DNA of 64,000 bases, from positions 608,001 to 672,000 of the forward strand of contig CBDAOY010000006.1 of the NCBI GenBank assembly GCA_965198225.1, in the 5' to 3' direction. Every line of letters starts with the position of its first letter. Within the stretch, counting starts at the first letter, position 1. This document shows positions 39,071 to 49,178 of the stretch, piece by piece. Made by a program: the position numbers and the translations under genes. The notes beneath the pieces were generated by a model that was not told where the DNA came from, did not search any database, and saw nothing but the letters and a program-made list of their open reading frames with translations. Source of the stretch: Terriglobia bacterium (GTDB lineage Bacteria > Acidobacteriota > Terriglobia > 20CM-2-55-15).

Positions 39071-39469
39071 TTGGGGATTCGGTGGACCGGCTTCTTTCCA
39101 GCACGGGCGTCAGGTCGCTCCGACGTGCAACGTGGGATTCCAGTGCATCAGGTTGTTCAGGATGGATCCACGATCTCGATCGAAACTGAGACCGGACAGC
39201 TACGTTTCGGCGAGAACGACTTGTCGATCTTCGTTACCGACACCGATACTGGTCGCTTGCAGCAGGCAAGCGATATGTCATTGGATCTGTTTATGCCTGC
39301 TATGGGCGCGATGCCTCCAATGAGAGATGTCGCCGATCTGGCCGGAATCGGACCAGGGGAGTGGCAAGGCAACGTGCGAATTTCAATGGCTGGAGAATGG
39401 CAAGTGACGATCACTTTCGATAGTCCATCCGGCCCATTGCGCATTACTTTCCCGGTTACGGTTCAGTGA
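39071..39469 (+). pseudogene. YtkA/FixH-like Ig-fold domain, probably a 5'-truncated relic
   Basis: 'GEN.L...FMPAMGAMPPMR...MAGEWQVTI'. No convincing start or signal peptide. Confidence 0.55.
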
Positions 39470-39885
39470 GAGAACTGGTAAAGCATCAGGTACACCACCA
39501 CACCTGTCACCGACACATAGATCCAGATCGGGAACGTCCAGCGCGCAATCCGCACGTGCTGATCGAAGCGCTCACGCCAGGCGAGATAAACCGTCCTCAG
39601 GACCATCGGCACGATGACGACGGCCAGGACCGTATGCGAGATCAGGATCGACAAGTAAATCGGGCGAATCCATCCCTCGCGTTCGAAACGCACCGAGCCC
39701 ACCTGGTAGTGGTAGACGAGGTAGGAGGTCAGGAAGAGGGTGGAGACGCCGAGTGCGGCAATCATGCAGGCTTTGTGGGCCTGGATCCGGCGCCGGCTGA
39801 TGAAATACACACCGAAAGCGACCAGGATGCCGCTCGTCAGGTTCAGCAGCGCGTTCAGTGCGGGAAGGTCCGTGACACTCGGCAT
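39463..39885 (-). CDS. DUF420 membrane protein (oxidase-cluster associated)
   Basis: 'LPALNALLN', 'HKACM', 'LISHTVLA', 'YVSVTGVVVY'. Confidence 0.9.
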   Translation of the reverse strand: MPSVTDLPALNALLNLTSGILVAFGVYFISRRRIQAHKACMIAALGVSTLFLTSYLVYHYQVGSVRFEREGWIRPIYLSILISHTVLAVVIVPMVLRTVYLAWRERFDQHVRIARWTFPIWIYVSVTGVVVYLMLYQFSH

Positions 39886-39899
39886 CAGGTGGTGCTCGC

Positions 39900-40502
39900 T
39901 CAGCTGATTTCGTCCAGCAGTGCCTCTACGTCGGCGACGAGCCGAGCGACGGACTCCGATTCCGTTCCGGCATAGTAGCCGCGGATCTTTCCGCTGGGGT
40001 CGACCAGGGCGAAGCGGGTGCTGTGGGTGATCGGTTCGACCTCGGTTTCGATCGTGTCGTCGACGGCAAGGTGGAACCCTTCTTTCGACAATGTGTACAG
40101 CTCTTCCTTCTCACCGGTCAGGAAGACCCAACGGTCGCCCTCGGCTCCGTGCCGGTCGGCATATCGCGCCAGAACCTCCGGCGTGTCGCGGTAGGGGTCG
40201 ACCGTGAACGACACCATCCGGACGCTCTCGGGCAGCTCCCGCTGGAGCAACTTCATCTTGTCGGTCATCATCGGACAGGTGCCCGCGCAGTTGGTGAAGA
40301 TGAAGTCCGCCACCCAGATCTGACCGTCCAGATCGCTGCGCGTGAAGGTGCGTCCGCTGCGTTCGATGAGTGTGAATTCGGGAACTTCGCCGAACTCCAG
40401 AAGCGCGGGAGGCCGGGCAAACTGCAGCGCGAGGGTGACGGCGATGCCCGACAGCATGATGACGATTGCGGCTAACGATGACCAGTGCGGAAGACGTGCC
40501 AC
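39900..40502 (-). CDS. SCO family copper chaperone
   Basis: FIFTNCAGTCP (CxxxC), VDP..DT, 'HSTRFALVD..G.IRGYY'. Confidence 0.92.
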   Translation of the reverse strand: MARLPHWSSLAAIVIMLSGIAVTLALQFARPPALLEFGEVPEFTLIERSGRTFTRSDLDGQIWVADFIFTNCAGTCPMMTDKMKLLQRELPESVRMVSFTVDPYRDTPEVLARYADRHGAEGDRWVFLTGEKEELYTLSKEGFHLAVDDTIETEVEPITHSTRFALVDPSGKIRGYYAGTESESVARLVADVEALLDEIS

Positions 40503-40527
40503 TCCGATTCTCCCCCTGAAGGATTCC

Positions 40528-41298
40528 TTAACGTTTGTGCGTGATGCCGAGCGCCACGACGAACATCGCCAGGGCGAAGGCGACGACGATCGCCAGCGAC
40601 AACGCCGGGGTGGGGCCGCCCATCGACGCGTACTGCTCGCTTCCGTAGAGGCTCCAGCGGACGGCGGCGACACCGTAAGTCAGCGGGTTGAACGTCATCA
40701 CCCATTGTAACCACGCCGGAGCGCCGCTCGGCGGGAAAACCGCGCCGGAGAGCAGCCACAGAGGGATCAGGAAAAGGTTCATGATTGCGTGAAATCCCTG
40801 CGTCGAGTCCAGGCTCCATGCGATCACATACCCCAGCCCGGCCAGACCGAACGCGACCAGACCCAACACGGCCAGCGTCAGGGGTATCGCCGACGCGGAT
40901 ATCCCGATCACCATCGGCGCGAGGGCCATGAAGACCACGCCCTGTATGAGCGCGATCGTCGTCGACCCGGAGATCTTCCCCAGGGCAATCGTCGATCTTG
41001 GAATCGGGGCGACCAGCACGGACTGCAGGAACCCTTCCTTGCGATCGTCAATAATCGATATCGTCGCGAAGATCGACGTGAACAGGAGGATCATCACGAC
41101 CGTGCCCGGGAAAAAATACTCCATGTAGTTCATCGTGCCTGTCAGCGTCGGCAGGCTGAACGATCGGCCGACCCCGGAGCCGAGGACGAACCAGAAGACG
41201 AGCGGCGTTCCCAGCGCGCCCACGATGCGGCTCCTCTGGCGGAAGAACCGCACGAGTTCGCGCTTCCAGAGCGTCAGCGACGGGAGTAGGATGCTCAT
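40528..41298 (-). CDS. ABC-2 type transporter permease
   Basis: About six TM helices, 'DRKEGFLQSVLVAP', 'NPLTYGV'. Confidence 0.9.
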   Translation of the reverse strand: MSILLPSLTLWKRELVRFFRQRSRIVGALGTPLVFWFVLGSGVGRSFSLPTLTGTMNYMEYFFPGTVVMILLFTSIFATISIIDDRKEGFLQSVLVAPIPRSTIALGKISGSTTIALIQGVVFMALAPMVIGISASAIPLTLAVLGLVAFGLAGLGYVIAWSLDSTQGFHAIMNLFLIPLWLLSGAVFPPSGAPAWLQWVMTFNPLTYGVAAVRWSLYGSEQYASMGGPTPALSLAIVVAFALAMFVVALGITHKR

Positions 41299-42218
41299 GA
41301 TTCTTCCCAGAAGCGGTGGCCGGTCCGGTCGATGAAAACGTCTTCGAGTGTGGGCTTGGCCAGCGTTACTGAATCGATCATCCCCGGGAACGACTCGATC
41401 AACTCGGCGATGAACTCGTGGCCGTTCGACCGCTCGATCCGCACGCTGCCGTTGAGGACGACCGGTTCGATCCCGAATTTGCCGACGATCTTCTGCCGGA
41501 GAGCATCAGGGTCTTCTGTCGCAAGTGCGATGATGTCGCCGCCGATCCGTCGCTTCAGCTCCGCCGGAGTTCCCGAAGCCACGACCTCTCCCTTGTGGAG
41601 TATCAGGACGCGATCGCATCGATCCGCCTCGTCGATCAGGTGCGTCGTCACCAGGATCGTCACGCTTCCGGACTCGCGCAGCTGTTCCAGGTATTGCCAC
41701 AGATCGTAGCGGGCGCCCGGATCGAGACCGAGCGAAGGTTCGTCCAGGATCAGCAGTTCGGGTTTGTGAAGGAGGCCCTTGGCCAACTCCACGCGTCGAC
41801 GAAGCCCGCCCGACAACGTCTCGACCAGGTTCGCCCGACGGTCTGAGATGCGGAGTCGCTCCATCATCTCGTCCACCCGCCCGGCCAGAACGCGGCCACG
41901 GAGCCCGTAGAGATGACCCTGATGGAACAGGTTCTCCGAAACAGTGAGTTTGACGTCCAGGCTCGGGTTCTGGAAGACGACGCCGATCTTGCGGCGGACC
42001 TCCGCTGCGTCTCGGCTTACGTCGGAGGTTAGTATGGACGCGGAGCCCGCGCTGGGTGGAAACAGGGTGGAGAGGATGCGGAAGAGGGTCGTCTTGCCGC
42101 CTCCGTTCGGGCCGAGGAGTCCGAAGATCTCACCCCGAGCGACGTCGAAACTAACGCCGTTCAGAGCCCGGTGGCTGCCGTAAGAGTGGGAGAGATCCTG
42201 GACTTCGACGACGGACAC
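41295..42218 (-). CDS. ABC transporter ATP-binding protein
   Basis: GPNGGGKT, LSGG, ILDEP, TTH. Confidence 0.93.
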   Translation of the reverse strand: MSVVEVQDLSHSYGSHRALNGVSFDVARGEIFGLLGPNGGGKTTLFRILSTLFPPSAGSASILTSDVSRDAAEVRRKIGVVFQNPSLDVKLTVSENLFHQGHLYGLRGRVLAGRVDEMMERLRISDRRANLVETLSGGLRRRVELAKGLLHKPELLILDEPSLGLDPGARYDLWQYLEQLRESGSVTILVTTHLIDEADRCDRVLILHKGEVVASGTPAELKRRIGGDIIALATEDPDALRQKIVGKFGIEPVVLNGSVRIERSNGHEFIAELIESFPGMIDSVTLAKPTLEDVFIDRTGHRFWEES

Positions 42219-42220
42219 GT

Positions 42221-43114
42221 TCAGATCACCTTGTCGATTAGCATCACCATCAGGAGTGCGGGCAGATAGAGAACCGAGACGCGCAGCAACCGCCGCGCCG
42301 CCCCCTTGGATCGATACACAGCCACCGCAACCCCGTAACCCAGGTACGTGAAACCGAGAAGTATCGCCGCGAACAGATACAGCGTTCCGGTGACGCCGAA
42401 GACTGTCGGTAGGAGGCTTACCGGCAAAAGGACGCTGCAGTAGAAAATGATCTGCCGGGAGGCACTGAGTTCCCCCGCGTTCTTTATCGAAAGCCGCGAA
42501 AAACCGCCGCGCATGTAATCGTCGTCGTACACCCACGCGATCGCCAGAAAATGCGGCATCTGCCAGAGAAAGACGATGGCGAAGAGCGACCAACCCATAC
42601 CGTCCAGGCTTCCGCCGGCGGCCGTCCACCCCAGCATGGGAGGGGCCGCGCCCGGAACGGCGCCTACGAGGGTGGCAGCCGCGGTTCGCGTCTTCAATGG
42701 CGTGTAGACGAACGCGTACAGGAAGAGCGTAAGAGCCGCAAGTGTCCCGGTCAGGATGTTCGTGAGAATCAGGAGGTAGCCCACACCGCCGAGGGAAATC
42801 GCGACCGCAAATAGCAGAGCTTCGCCTTCCGGAATCCGTCCGTCGGGAAGCGGCCGGTCCTTGGTTCGGACCATCCGAGCGTCGTGGTGACGCTCCAGGT
42901 ACTGGTTCAAGGCGCTCGCGCCGCCGGCGACGAGACCCGTCCCCACGATCGAGTGCAGGAGCAGGAGCGAGTTCAGCCCCTGTGACGAGCCCATATAGAA
43001 ACCGACGAGGGTCGTGATGAGAACCAGCGCCGTGATGCGGGGCTTCGTCAGTTCGAGATACTCGAAGATCCGCCCTCGCCGAACAGCGACATCTACTCCG
43101 AGGGTCCGCGTCAT
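42221..43114 (-). CDS. ctaB: Protoheme IX farnesyltransferase (heme o synthase)
   Basis: 'LTKPRI', 'NQYLERHHDARMVRTKDRPLP', 'YTPLK', 'WQMPHF'. Confidence 0.93.
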   Translation of the reverse strand: MTRTLGVDVAVRRGRIFEYLELTKPRITALVLITTLVGFYMGSSQGLNSLLLLHSIVGTGLVAGGASALNQYLERHHDARMVRTKDRPLPDGRIPEGEALLFAVAISLGGVGYLLILTNILTGTLAALTLFLYAFVYTPLKTRTAAATLVGAVPGAAPPMLGWTAAGGSLDGMGWSLFAIVFLWQMPHFLAIAWVYDDDYMRGGFSRLSIKNAGELSASRQIIFYCSVLLPVSLLPTVFGVTGTLYLFAAILLGFTYLGYGVAVAVYRSKGAARRLLRVSVLYLPALLMVMLIDKVI

Positions 43115-44088
43115 GCCGGCTGATCGATCGGTTGAGCGCGAGTCTGGAGCTGGGGAGTCACCATCGCGAACGCGCGCAGAGTCAACAGCAGAGAGATGCC
43201 GAGGATTACCGCCCCTGTCACAACGTGAAGGGTCGTGATTATGACGGCCCGCCCGGTCCAGATCGTAAAAGCGCCCAGCGTCACCTGAACGAGCAGCAGA
43301 GACGCCATGATGACTGCGGGGCGGAACAGCCGTGGTTGTGAGCGGTACTCCGAAACGATCCGAATCAGGGTCCACAACACCATCCCGGTCACGAGCAGCG
43401 CGCCGATACGGTGTGCGAAGTGAATCATGATCGACGTTGACTCAAACCTTGGAATGATTCTTCCGAACGCAAGTGGAAAGTCCGGAATCGCCAACCCCGA
43501 ATTCGTGTGGCGCATCAGAGCGCCCAGCATGAGTTGGAGGTAGATCGCACCTGTTGTCAGGCCGCACAGCCAGGGCAGGCTCGGGCTGCCCGTCCGTTCG
43601 CCTGCCGAAGGCAGCCCGCGTTTCCAGTCGGGCGAGGTGAACAGCGCCAGGGCGATGATCATGCAGAAGAATGTCTGCGCCAGCGTGGCATGAGCGACCG
43701 AGATCGGAGTCGGGAGGAGGTATAGAACGGTGAGCCCGCCGAGTATGGCCTGCCCGATGACGGCTCCCAGGGCGCCGAGCGTCAACCACCGGACCCATGG
43801 CCGATTGTCTTTCAACGATACCCAGACCGCCAGCGCGAACGTCAGAAGGCCGACGAACCCGGCCACCATCCGGTGCCCGTGCTCATAGAAAATCCCGCCG
43901 ACCATCGGCGGGAAGAACATTCCGTAGGAGAGGGGCCAATCGGGAACTGCGAGGCCGGATTCCGTACTGGTTACCAGCCCGCCCGCGAAAATCAGGAACG
44001 TGGTGCTCAGTGCGGTGAACACCGTGAATCGGTGAAGCCAGAGGTTTTCCGGCTCCGGCGACTCCGGTCCCGCAGATTCCCGTGACAT
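43111..44088 (-). CDS. ctaA: Heme A synthase (COX15/CtaA family)
   Basis: 'SGLAVPDWP', 'EHGHR', conserved His in AHA, HFAHR and TLHV. Confidence 0.88.
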   Translation of the reverse strand: MSRESAGPESPEPENLWLHRFTVFTALSTTFLIFAGGLVTSTESGLAVPDWPLSYGMFFPPMVGGIFYEHGHRMVAGFVGLLTFALAVWVSLKDNRPWVRWLTLGALGAVIGQAILGGLTVLYLLPTPISVAHATLAQTFFCMIIALALFTSPDWKRGLPSAGERTGSPSLPWLCGLTTGAIYLQLMLGALMRHTNSGLAIPDFPLAFGRIIPRFESTSIMIHFAHRIGALLVTGMVLWTLIRIVSEYRSQPRLFRPAVIMASLLLVQVTLGAFTIWTGRAVIITTLHVVTGAVILGISLLLTLRAFAMVTPQLQTRAQPIDQPA

Positions 44089-44095
44089 CGAGCAC

Positions 44096-44893
44096 TTATT
44101 CGGAGGTGGTCGTTTCGCCTTCAGAGAAGGTGAAGTTCAGCTCGGCCGTCGCGTTGTCGGCCACTTCCACAGTCGAGACCTGCTCTCCGTACTTTTCATG
44201 CCAGGCGACGACTTCGTAGGTTCCCGGCGGCAGTTTCAGCTCGTAGCTTCCCGTACCGGCCGAGGTGGTGTGGAACGGATGGTCGAACACGCCGACGAAA
44301 GAATTCATCCACCGGTGTACGTCGCATCGGATCGGAAGAGGCATTTCGGGCTGATCGAAAGTCTTCTTGGTCTCCATGCCCTGAACCGGCTGACCGATGT
44401 TGAACGGGGTGTTGACTTCGGCCCACGCATGGATGTTGTGGAGCGTCGTGTCGCTGTTCGTGATCGACAGTTCCTGGCTGGCCATCATCGTAAACACGTG
44501 CGGCGAGTAGACACAATTCGCCTGATCGATCACTACGGGCTCGCTCGGCACGGGGTAGGTAGCCCCCTCGTGTCCCGAGCGCACGTAAAGGATGACGTTC
44601 TGGAGCTTGCTGTCTTCGGTGACGAGAACTTCCTGGCTCGTCGCCCCCTCGCTGTGCGACTGGCAGAACGGGTCGGCGGCCATCTGAATCCGGGCGGCTG
44701 CGGGAACTTCTCCCTCGAACATGATGTTGCCCGATATCGTCCCGGTCGCTGAGGCGGGATCGTAGGAAGCGCCGCCACCCGCGGCACCGCCGCTCGGCGC
44801 AGGAGGCAACCCACTCGAATCATCGCCGCCGCCGCAACCCGCGAGGATCACCAGCACGGAGAGAATCGAGAGAACCAACTTACTCTTGTGCAT
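44096..44893 (-). CDS. Lipoprotein with cupredoxin-like and carboxypeptidase-regulatory-like domains
   Basis: Lipobox LAGC. HNIH and CDVHRWM resemble type-1 Cu ligands. Confidence 0.75.
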   Translation of the reverse strand: MHKSKLVLSILSVLVILAGCGGGDDSSGLPPAPSGGAAGGGASYDPASATGTISGNIMFEGEVPAAARIQMAADPFCQSHSEGATSQEVLVTEDSKLQNVILYVRSGHEGATYPVPSEPVVIDQANCVYSPHVFTMMASQELSITNSDTTLHNIHAWAEVNTPFNIGQPVQGMETKKTFDQPEMPLPIRCDVHRWMNSFVGVFDHPFHTTSAGTGSYELKLPPGTYEVVAWHEKYGEQVSTVEVADNATAELNFTFSEGETTTSE

Positions 44894-44970
44894 TTTACGA
44901 ATCTCCTGAATATATAAGGTTGAAATATAGGTAGCCCAAACTATGGACTATAGCATTATTCTGAACCCAG

Positions 44971-45038
44971 TGTAGGTGCGGTCTATGACCGCACATTCCT
45001 CGTGCCGCAACAACGCGCGCTCATAGAGCGCACCTACA
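44971..45038. repeat. GTAG-type REP doublet
   Basis: TGTAGGTGCGGTCTATGACCGCAC plus an inverted degenerate copy. Same family as 57596-57664. Confidence 0.85.
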
Positions 45039-45133
45039 CCACCCCGGCGGGCTAAACGCCTGTAAACACGTACGAAAGGGCGACCGCCGCCGGCCGCCCT
45101 TACACGGAATTCGATCCACTCCGTTCCAAGCCG

Positions 45134-48070
45134 TCAGTTGTCGTCGCTGATTCGGCTCGGACCCCCGCCCACGGTGACGAACAGATGGTCCCGGACTGCC
45201 TCGATCTGTGCCTGGACATCCCCGCCGAGGACATCCGGAAGGGGGGACACTCCCTGATCGAAGAAGGTCGGCATCCGGGTTCCCGGCGCGATCCCCTGTG
45301 GATCGAGTATCCAATCCATCACCCACTGCGGTCGAAGCCGTTCGCTCGAGAGCATCAGGTTCGGCGCCAGGTCCGCGGCCGTGACGCCTGGCGGAAGCGG
45401 GCCGTCGTCGGTCGGATGGCATCGCTCACACTGGAGCAGCGTAAACAGGCGGTCTCCCACCTGGAGTCGCTCTCTCGTGGTTGCCACCTCAGTCGTGATG
45501 AACGGGAACTCCGCCTCATCCAGCGCCGAGAAATAGCGCGCGATCGTCGTCGCGTCCGATTCGTCGAAGTAGAACGTCGGCATCCGCGCCGTCAGCCAGG
45601 GCCTCAACGTGGTTTCACCAGGGTCCTTCAGGAACGGGTGGAGCCAGAGCGGTTGCGTCTTGGCACCCTGTGTGTTGAGCAGCGGGGGCCACAAGGCCTG
45701 GTCTTCGATCGTCGAGCGGATGTCTCCACCGCCGGCCTCGACATCGTGACAGCCCCGGCAGTTGCGCCGGGAGACCAGCGCGCGGCCGGCCTCGAGGTCC
45801 GCGGTGAGCACGTTGCGCATGTCGGGGGGCACACGATCTTTGACCATGCCCGTCAGGACCATCACGATCCCCTCGACCTGTTCGTCGGTGAAATCGAAGT
45901 CCGGCATCCGGGCGAGCTCTTCCGGACGTTTGACGCGGCCCACATCGAAGATCCGCGGGTCCCTGAGCTTCTGCGCGTACCACGCACTGCGTTCGTGCGG
46001 AAGGCAGTCCTCGGAGGTACTGATAGCACACTCGAGAAAACCGAAATCCAACCGTGTGATCAGCTTGCTGCCGGCTTCGGTCAGCTCTGTGCCGATCGGC
46101 TGGGTCTCCTCGAAACCCTCGATCGTGTGACAGCCGAAGCAGCCATAACGAGCGATCAGGCGTTCACCCGTGTACAGGTTCTTTTCTTCCAGCGACATCG
46201 ATTCCAGGCGCTGTTGGGCTTCGATGCCGGTCGAACCGGCGCGCAGGAACTCCAGCGTGACCTCGTCCAGCGCAGCTTCGTCAGGTTCGGGAAAAACAGA
46301 CGCCTCGAAATCGGGATTGGTCAGGGAACTCAGGTATGCCGCGACGTCGGCAGCCTCGGCAACCGTCAGGCGCAGACTGGGCATGTTCGTGTCATGCCAG
46401 ACGATTTGTGGGTCACGGACCCAGTTGTAGAGCCACTCTGAGGTGACCTTGCTCCCCTGGCTGGCCAGGTTGTACCCGAACCGCCGTCGATGCTGCGTCC
46501 GCGCATCGTCTGCTTCGATCGGGCCGACGGCGTGGCAGCCGAAGCAGCCGACGGTTTCGACAAGCTCCTTCCCGCTTTCCACGTTGCCGTTGGTTCGCGC
46601 GGCCGGGAGCGGGTTGTCCCGGGACTTGGAAAAGAGGAATTCCGTGATCGCGGTGATCTCGGCGATACTCCGTGGTTCATGTTCCGGGCCGCTGTTGTTG
46701 CTGTTGCCCCAGAACTGCGGCATGCGGGCTTCGGACTTGAACGCTCTTGGTTCGCGCAGCCACTTGAGGACCCATTCCTTTTCCAACTTGCTTGCGATCG
46801 TTGTCAGGTCCGGCCCGACGCGGCGGACGTCTTCATAGCCCGGGATTCGGTGGCAGCCGAAGCAGCCGTACATGCGGATCAGATCCCGACCCGCGTTCAG
46901 CGCTGGTGCTTCTGGAACGTCACCCGCACCCGTGTGGCACTTGAGGCATGTCGCTTCGATCCGGTTCATCGGGATCATCGGCGTTTCCAGATAGTGCTGC
47001 TCGTGCCAGTCGTACTCTTCTTCCCATTCTGCCTGCTGAGCCCCGTTCACCGGAGTGTGACCGGCGCGTGCGAACTCGACCGCGCGGTCAAGTCCCGAAT
47101 GGCAGGTCGTGCAGCCGAACTGATCGATCGGGTGCGGGGAGTCCCCACCGAGGTACCTGCCGAGGTCCGGATGGGTCGTGAACGGCGCCGGCGCGTCGGC
47201 AAACGCCGCCTGGTCGATACCCAGGTGGCAGGTCGTGCAGCGATCCACCCTCGGGATCTGCATGAACGGATGTTCGTTGAACAGGGTAGGTAGGATGATC
47301 TGGTTGACCTTCTCCGATGGATTCAGCATGTCCAGAACCGGTGCGTTCCGGAACGATGTGACGACGAATCCCGGATCCAGGGTATTCAGAACGGCGTCGA
47401 TGCGGTTGTACTCGGCCAGAGCCGTATCGAGTTCGCCCTGGATGCCGTCCCGGCTGCCGATGATCGCGTTGAGCTCTTCCCCGGCGGCGCGGATATCCAG
47501 CGTCAACTGGTCGACCCGCAAACCGTACTCATTAATCTGGGCCAGCGTTGCTTCGGCCCTCTGGCCCAGTGCTTCCGCGTTTGAGGCGTCGTTGGCACGG
47601 GCTTCATCGTAGTCGTACTTTTCCACGTCGTAACTCGCCCGGGAGAAGCGGAAGTCCTGGTCGGCGGCGTAGAGCTCAGCGTTGAAATCGTCGATGACGC
47701 CCTGGATGCGGTCGATCTCGGCCTCGTTCTCGGCGAGCGCCGCCTGGGCCTGTCCCAACTGGCCCTGCAGTTCATCGAACCGAGCCCTGTCGATCGCGTT
47801 CGCCGCGTTGTCTCGTTCGGCGAGGGTGCTGTCGATGCTCATCCGTGTGAACGCTCGCTGGTACTGTCTCCAGTCGCGGGTGTAGTCGGCCAGGATCATC
47901 CAGACCGTGAACCCAAACAGCAGCAGGCTGGAAATGGCGAACCACTTGTGCAGGTTGTCGGCCTCGTACAGCCGGTCGCCCCGCTGTCCGATGTTCAGCG
48001 CGTCGTCCTTCTTCGCGGGAGGAGGAATGGCTGGTTTTTTGTCTCCACCGATGGGTGTTTCGCTACTCAT
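45134..48070 (-). CDS. Membrane-anchored multiheme cytochrome c (8 CxxCH) with a long coiled coil
   Basis: CTTCH x2, CLKCH, CFGCH x3, CRGCH, CERCH. N-terminal TM helix. Confidence 0.92.
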   Translation of the reverse strand: MSSETPIGGDKKPAIPPPAKKDDALNIGQRGDRLYEADNLHKWFAISSLLLFGFTVWMILADYTRDWRQYQRAFTRMSIDSTLAERDNAANAIDRARFDELQGQLGQAQAALAENEAEIDRIQGVIDDFNAELYAADQDFRFSRASYDVEKYDYDEARANDASNAEALGQRAEATLAQINEYGLRVDQLTLDIRAAGEELNAIIGSRDGIQGELDTALAEYNRIDAVLNTLDPGFVVTSFRNAPVLDMLNPSEKVNQIILPTLFNEHPFMQIPRVDRCTTCHLGIDQAAFADAPAPFTTHPDLGRYLGGDSPHPIDQFGCTTCHSGLDRAVEFARAGHTPVNGAQQAEWEEEYDWHEQHYLETPMIPMNRIEATCLKCHTGAGDVPEAPALNAGRDLIRMYGCFGCHRIPGYEDVRRVGPDLTTIASKLEKEWVLKWLREPRAFKSEARMPQFWGNSNNSGPEHEPRSIAEITAITEFLFSKSRDNPLPAARTNGNVESGKELVETVGCFGCHAVGPIEADDARTQHRRRFGYNLASQGSKVTSEWLYNWVRDPQIVWHDTNMPSLRLTVAEAADVAAYLSSLTNPDFEASVFPEPDEAALDEVTLEFLRAGSTGIEAQQRLESMSLEEKNLYTGERLIARYGCFGCHTIEGFEETQPIGTELTEAGSKLITRLDFGFLECAISTSEDCLPHERSAWYAQKLRDPRIFDVGRVKRPEELARMPDFDFTDEQVEGIVMVLTGMVKDRVPPDMRNVLTADLEAGRALVSRRNCRGCHDVEAGGGDIRSTIEDQALWPPLLNTQGAKTQPLWLHPFLKDPGETTLRPWLTARMPTFYFDESDATTIARYFSALDEAEFPFITTEVATTRERLQVGDRLFTLLQCERCHPTDDGPLPPGVTAADLAPNLMLSSERLRPQWVMDWILDPQGIAPGTRMPTFFDQGVSPLPDVLGGDVQAQIEAVRDHLFVTVGGGPSRISDDN

Positions 48071-48082
48071 TGCTCTCTCCGC

Positions 48083-49162
48083 CTAGATATTGAAAAAGTA
48101 CTCCGGAATTCCGATGATGTACTTCAGGTTGAACAGCCACCGCATCACCATCTTGATCGGCAGCGACGCCATCGCCAGCAGCAGGAACACCATCACGTGG
48201 TACCGAGCCGGCCCCAGCGTCTTGAAGAAGCCCTTGAATATAGTCTTTGCCAGAAGAGGGGGAATCAGTAACAAATAGCCAAGGACCACCAGGAACCCGA
48301 AGCTTTCGCGCAGCAAGATGTTTGACGGCAGCCCGACACCCAAGGCCTTAACCCAGATGTATTCCGAAAGGTTCACGTTTACCAGGGCTTCCAGTTTGTG
48401 GACGTCCCAGTATTCGTAGGGTCCGAAGAAGTTCCAGTTTGGCCCCCTCAGAAAGGTCCCCAGGATCACGAGCAACACCCACAGGATCAGGAACCCGAAC
48501 AGGAAAGTCATGATTTCCCAACTGCGCTCCTTGAAGGTGTAGTAACCGTTTCCTTTCGGGTTCGTGTCGATGTAAGGGATCGCCATCAGGCCGACGATGA
48601 TCAGGCTCGGGAACACCACGCCGGCGAGCCAGGGATCGAAGTAGACCAACATCTCCTGGAGGCCCAGGAAGTACCATGGCGCCTTCGACGGGTTCGGCGT
48701 ATTGGCCGGGTTTGCAGGCTCCTCGATAGGCGCCGCGATCAGAATCGACCATCCGATCAGGACGAAGGTCAGGACGACCATGCAGATCAACTCGGTATAG
48801 ACCAAGTCGGGCCAGCTCAGAACCTTGGATGCCGTCTCTTCCTTCTCGATCAGGGGTTGTCCTTCCTCTATTCGCTTGTCGTTGCGGATCCCTTCCCGGA
48901 GCGCGTACCAGGTGAAGAACGGGATAAGGAAGAGCATACCGACGATCGGCACGTTGTCCGGCTTCGTGACGATCAGCCGAAAGTCCGCGTCCAGCATGCT
49001 GATCCCCATGAACAAAGCCATTCCCGGGAACAGGATCATCGCCGCCTTGTCGCTGTAAAACGTCTGCCTGTACTTGGCCGAGATGAAGAGCAGGATGGCG
49101 GCCAACGTGATGAGGTACTGCGGAATCGTCAGGAAATTGATGATGTCTTTGATGAAATCCAT
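48083..49162 (-). CDS. Cytochrome b C-terminal / subunit IV-like protein, extended
   Basis: 'WPDLVY', 'ANPANTPNPSKAPWYFLGLQE' (PEWY-equivalent), 'IPYID'. Confidence 0.85.
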   Translation of the reverse strand: MDFIKDIINFLTIPQYLITLAAILLFISAKYRQTFYSDKAAMILFPGMALFMGISMLDADFRLIVTKPDNVPIVGMLFLIPFFTWYALREGIRNDKRIEEGQPLIEKEETASKVLSWPDLVYTELICMVVLTFVLIGWSILIAAPIEEPANPANTPNPSKAPWYFLGLQEMLVYFDPWLAGVVFPSLIIVGLMAIPYIDTNPKGNGYYTFKERSWEIMTFLFGFLILWVLLVILGTFLRGPNWNFFGPYEYWDVHKLEALVNVNLSEYIWVKALGVGLPSNILLRESFGFLVVLGYLLLIPPLLAKTIFKGFFKTLGPARYHVMVFLLLAMASLPIKMVMRWLFNLKYIIGIPEYFFNI

Positions 49163-49178
49163 TCTGATCGCCTACTTT

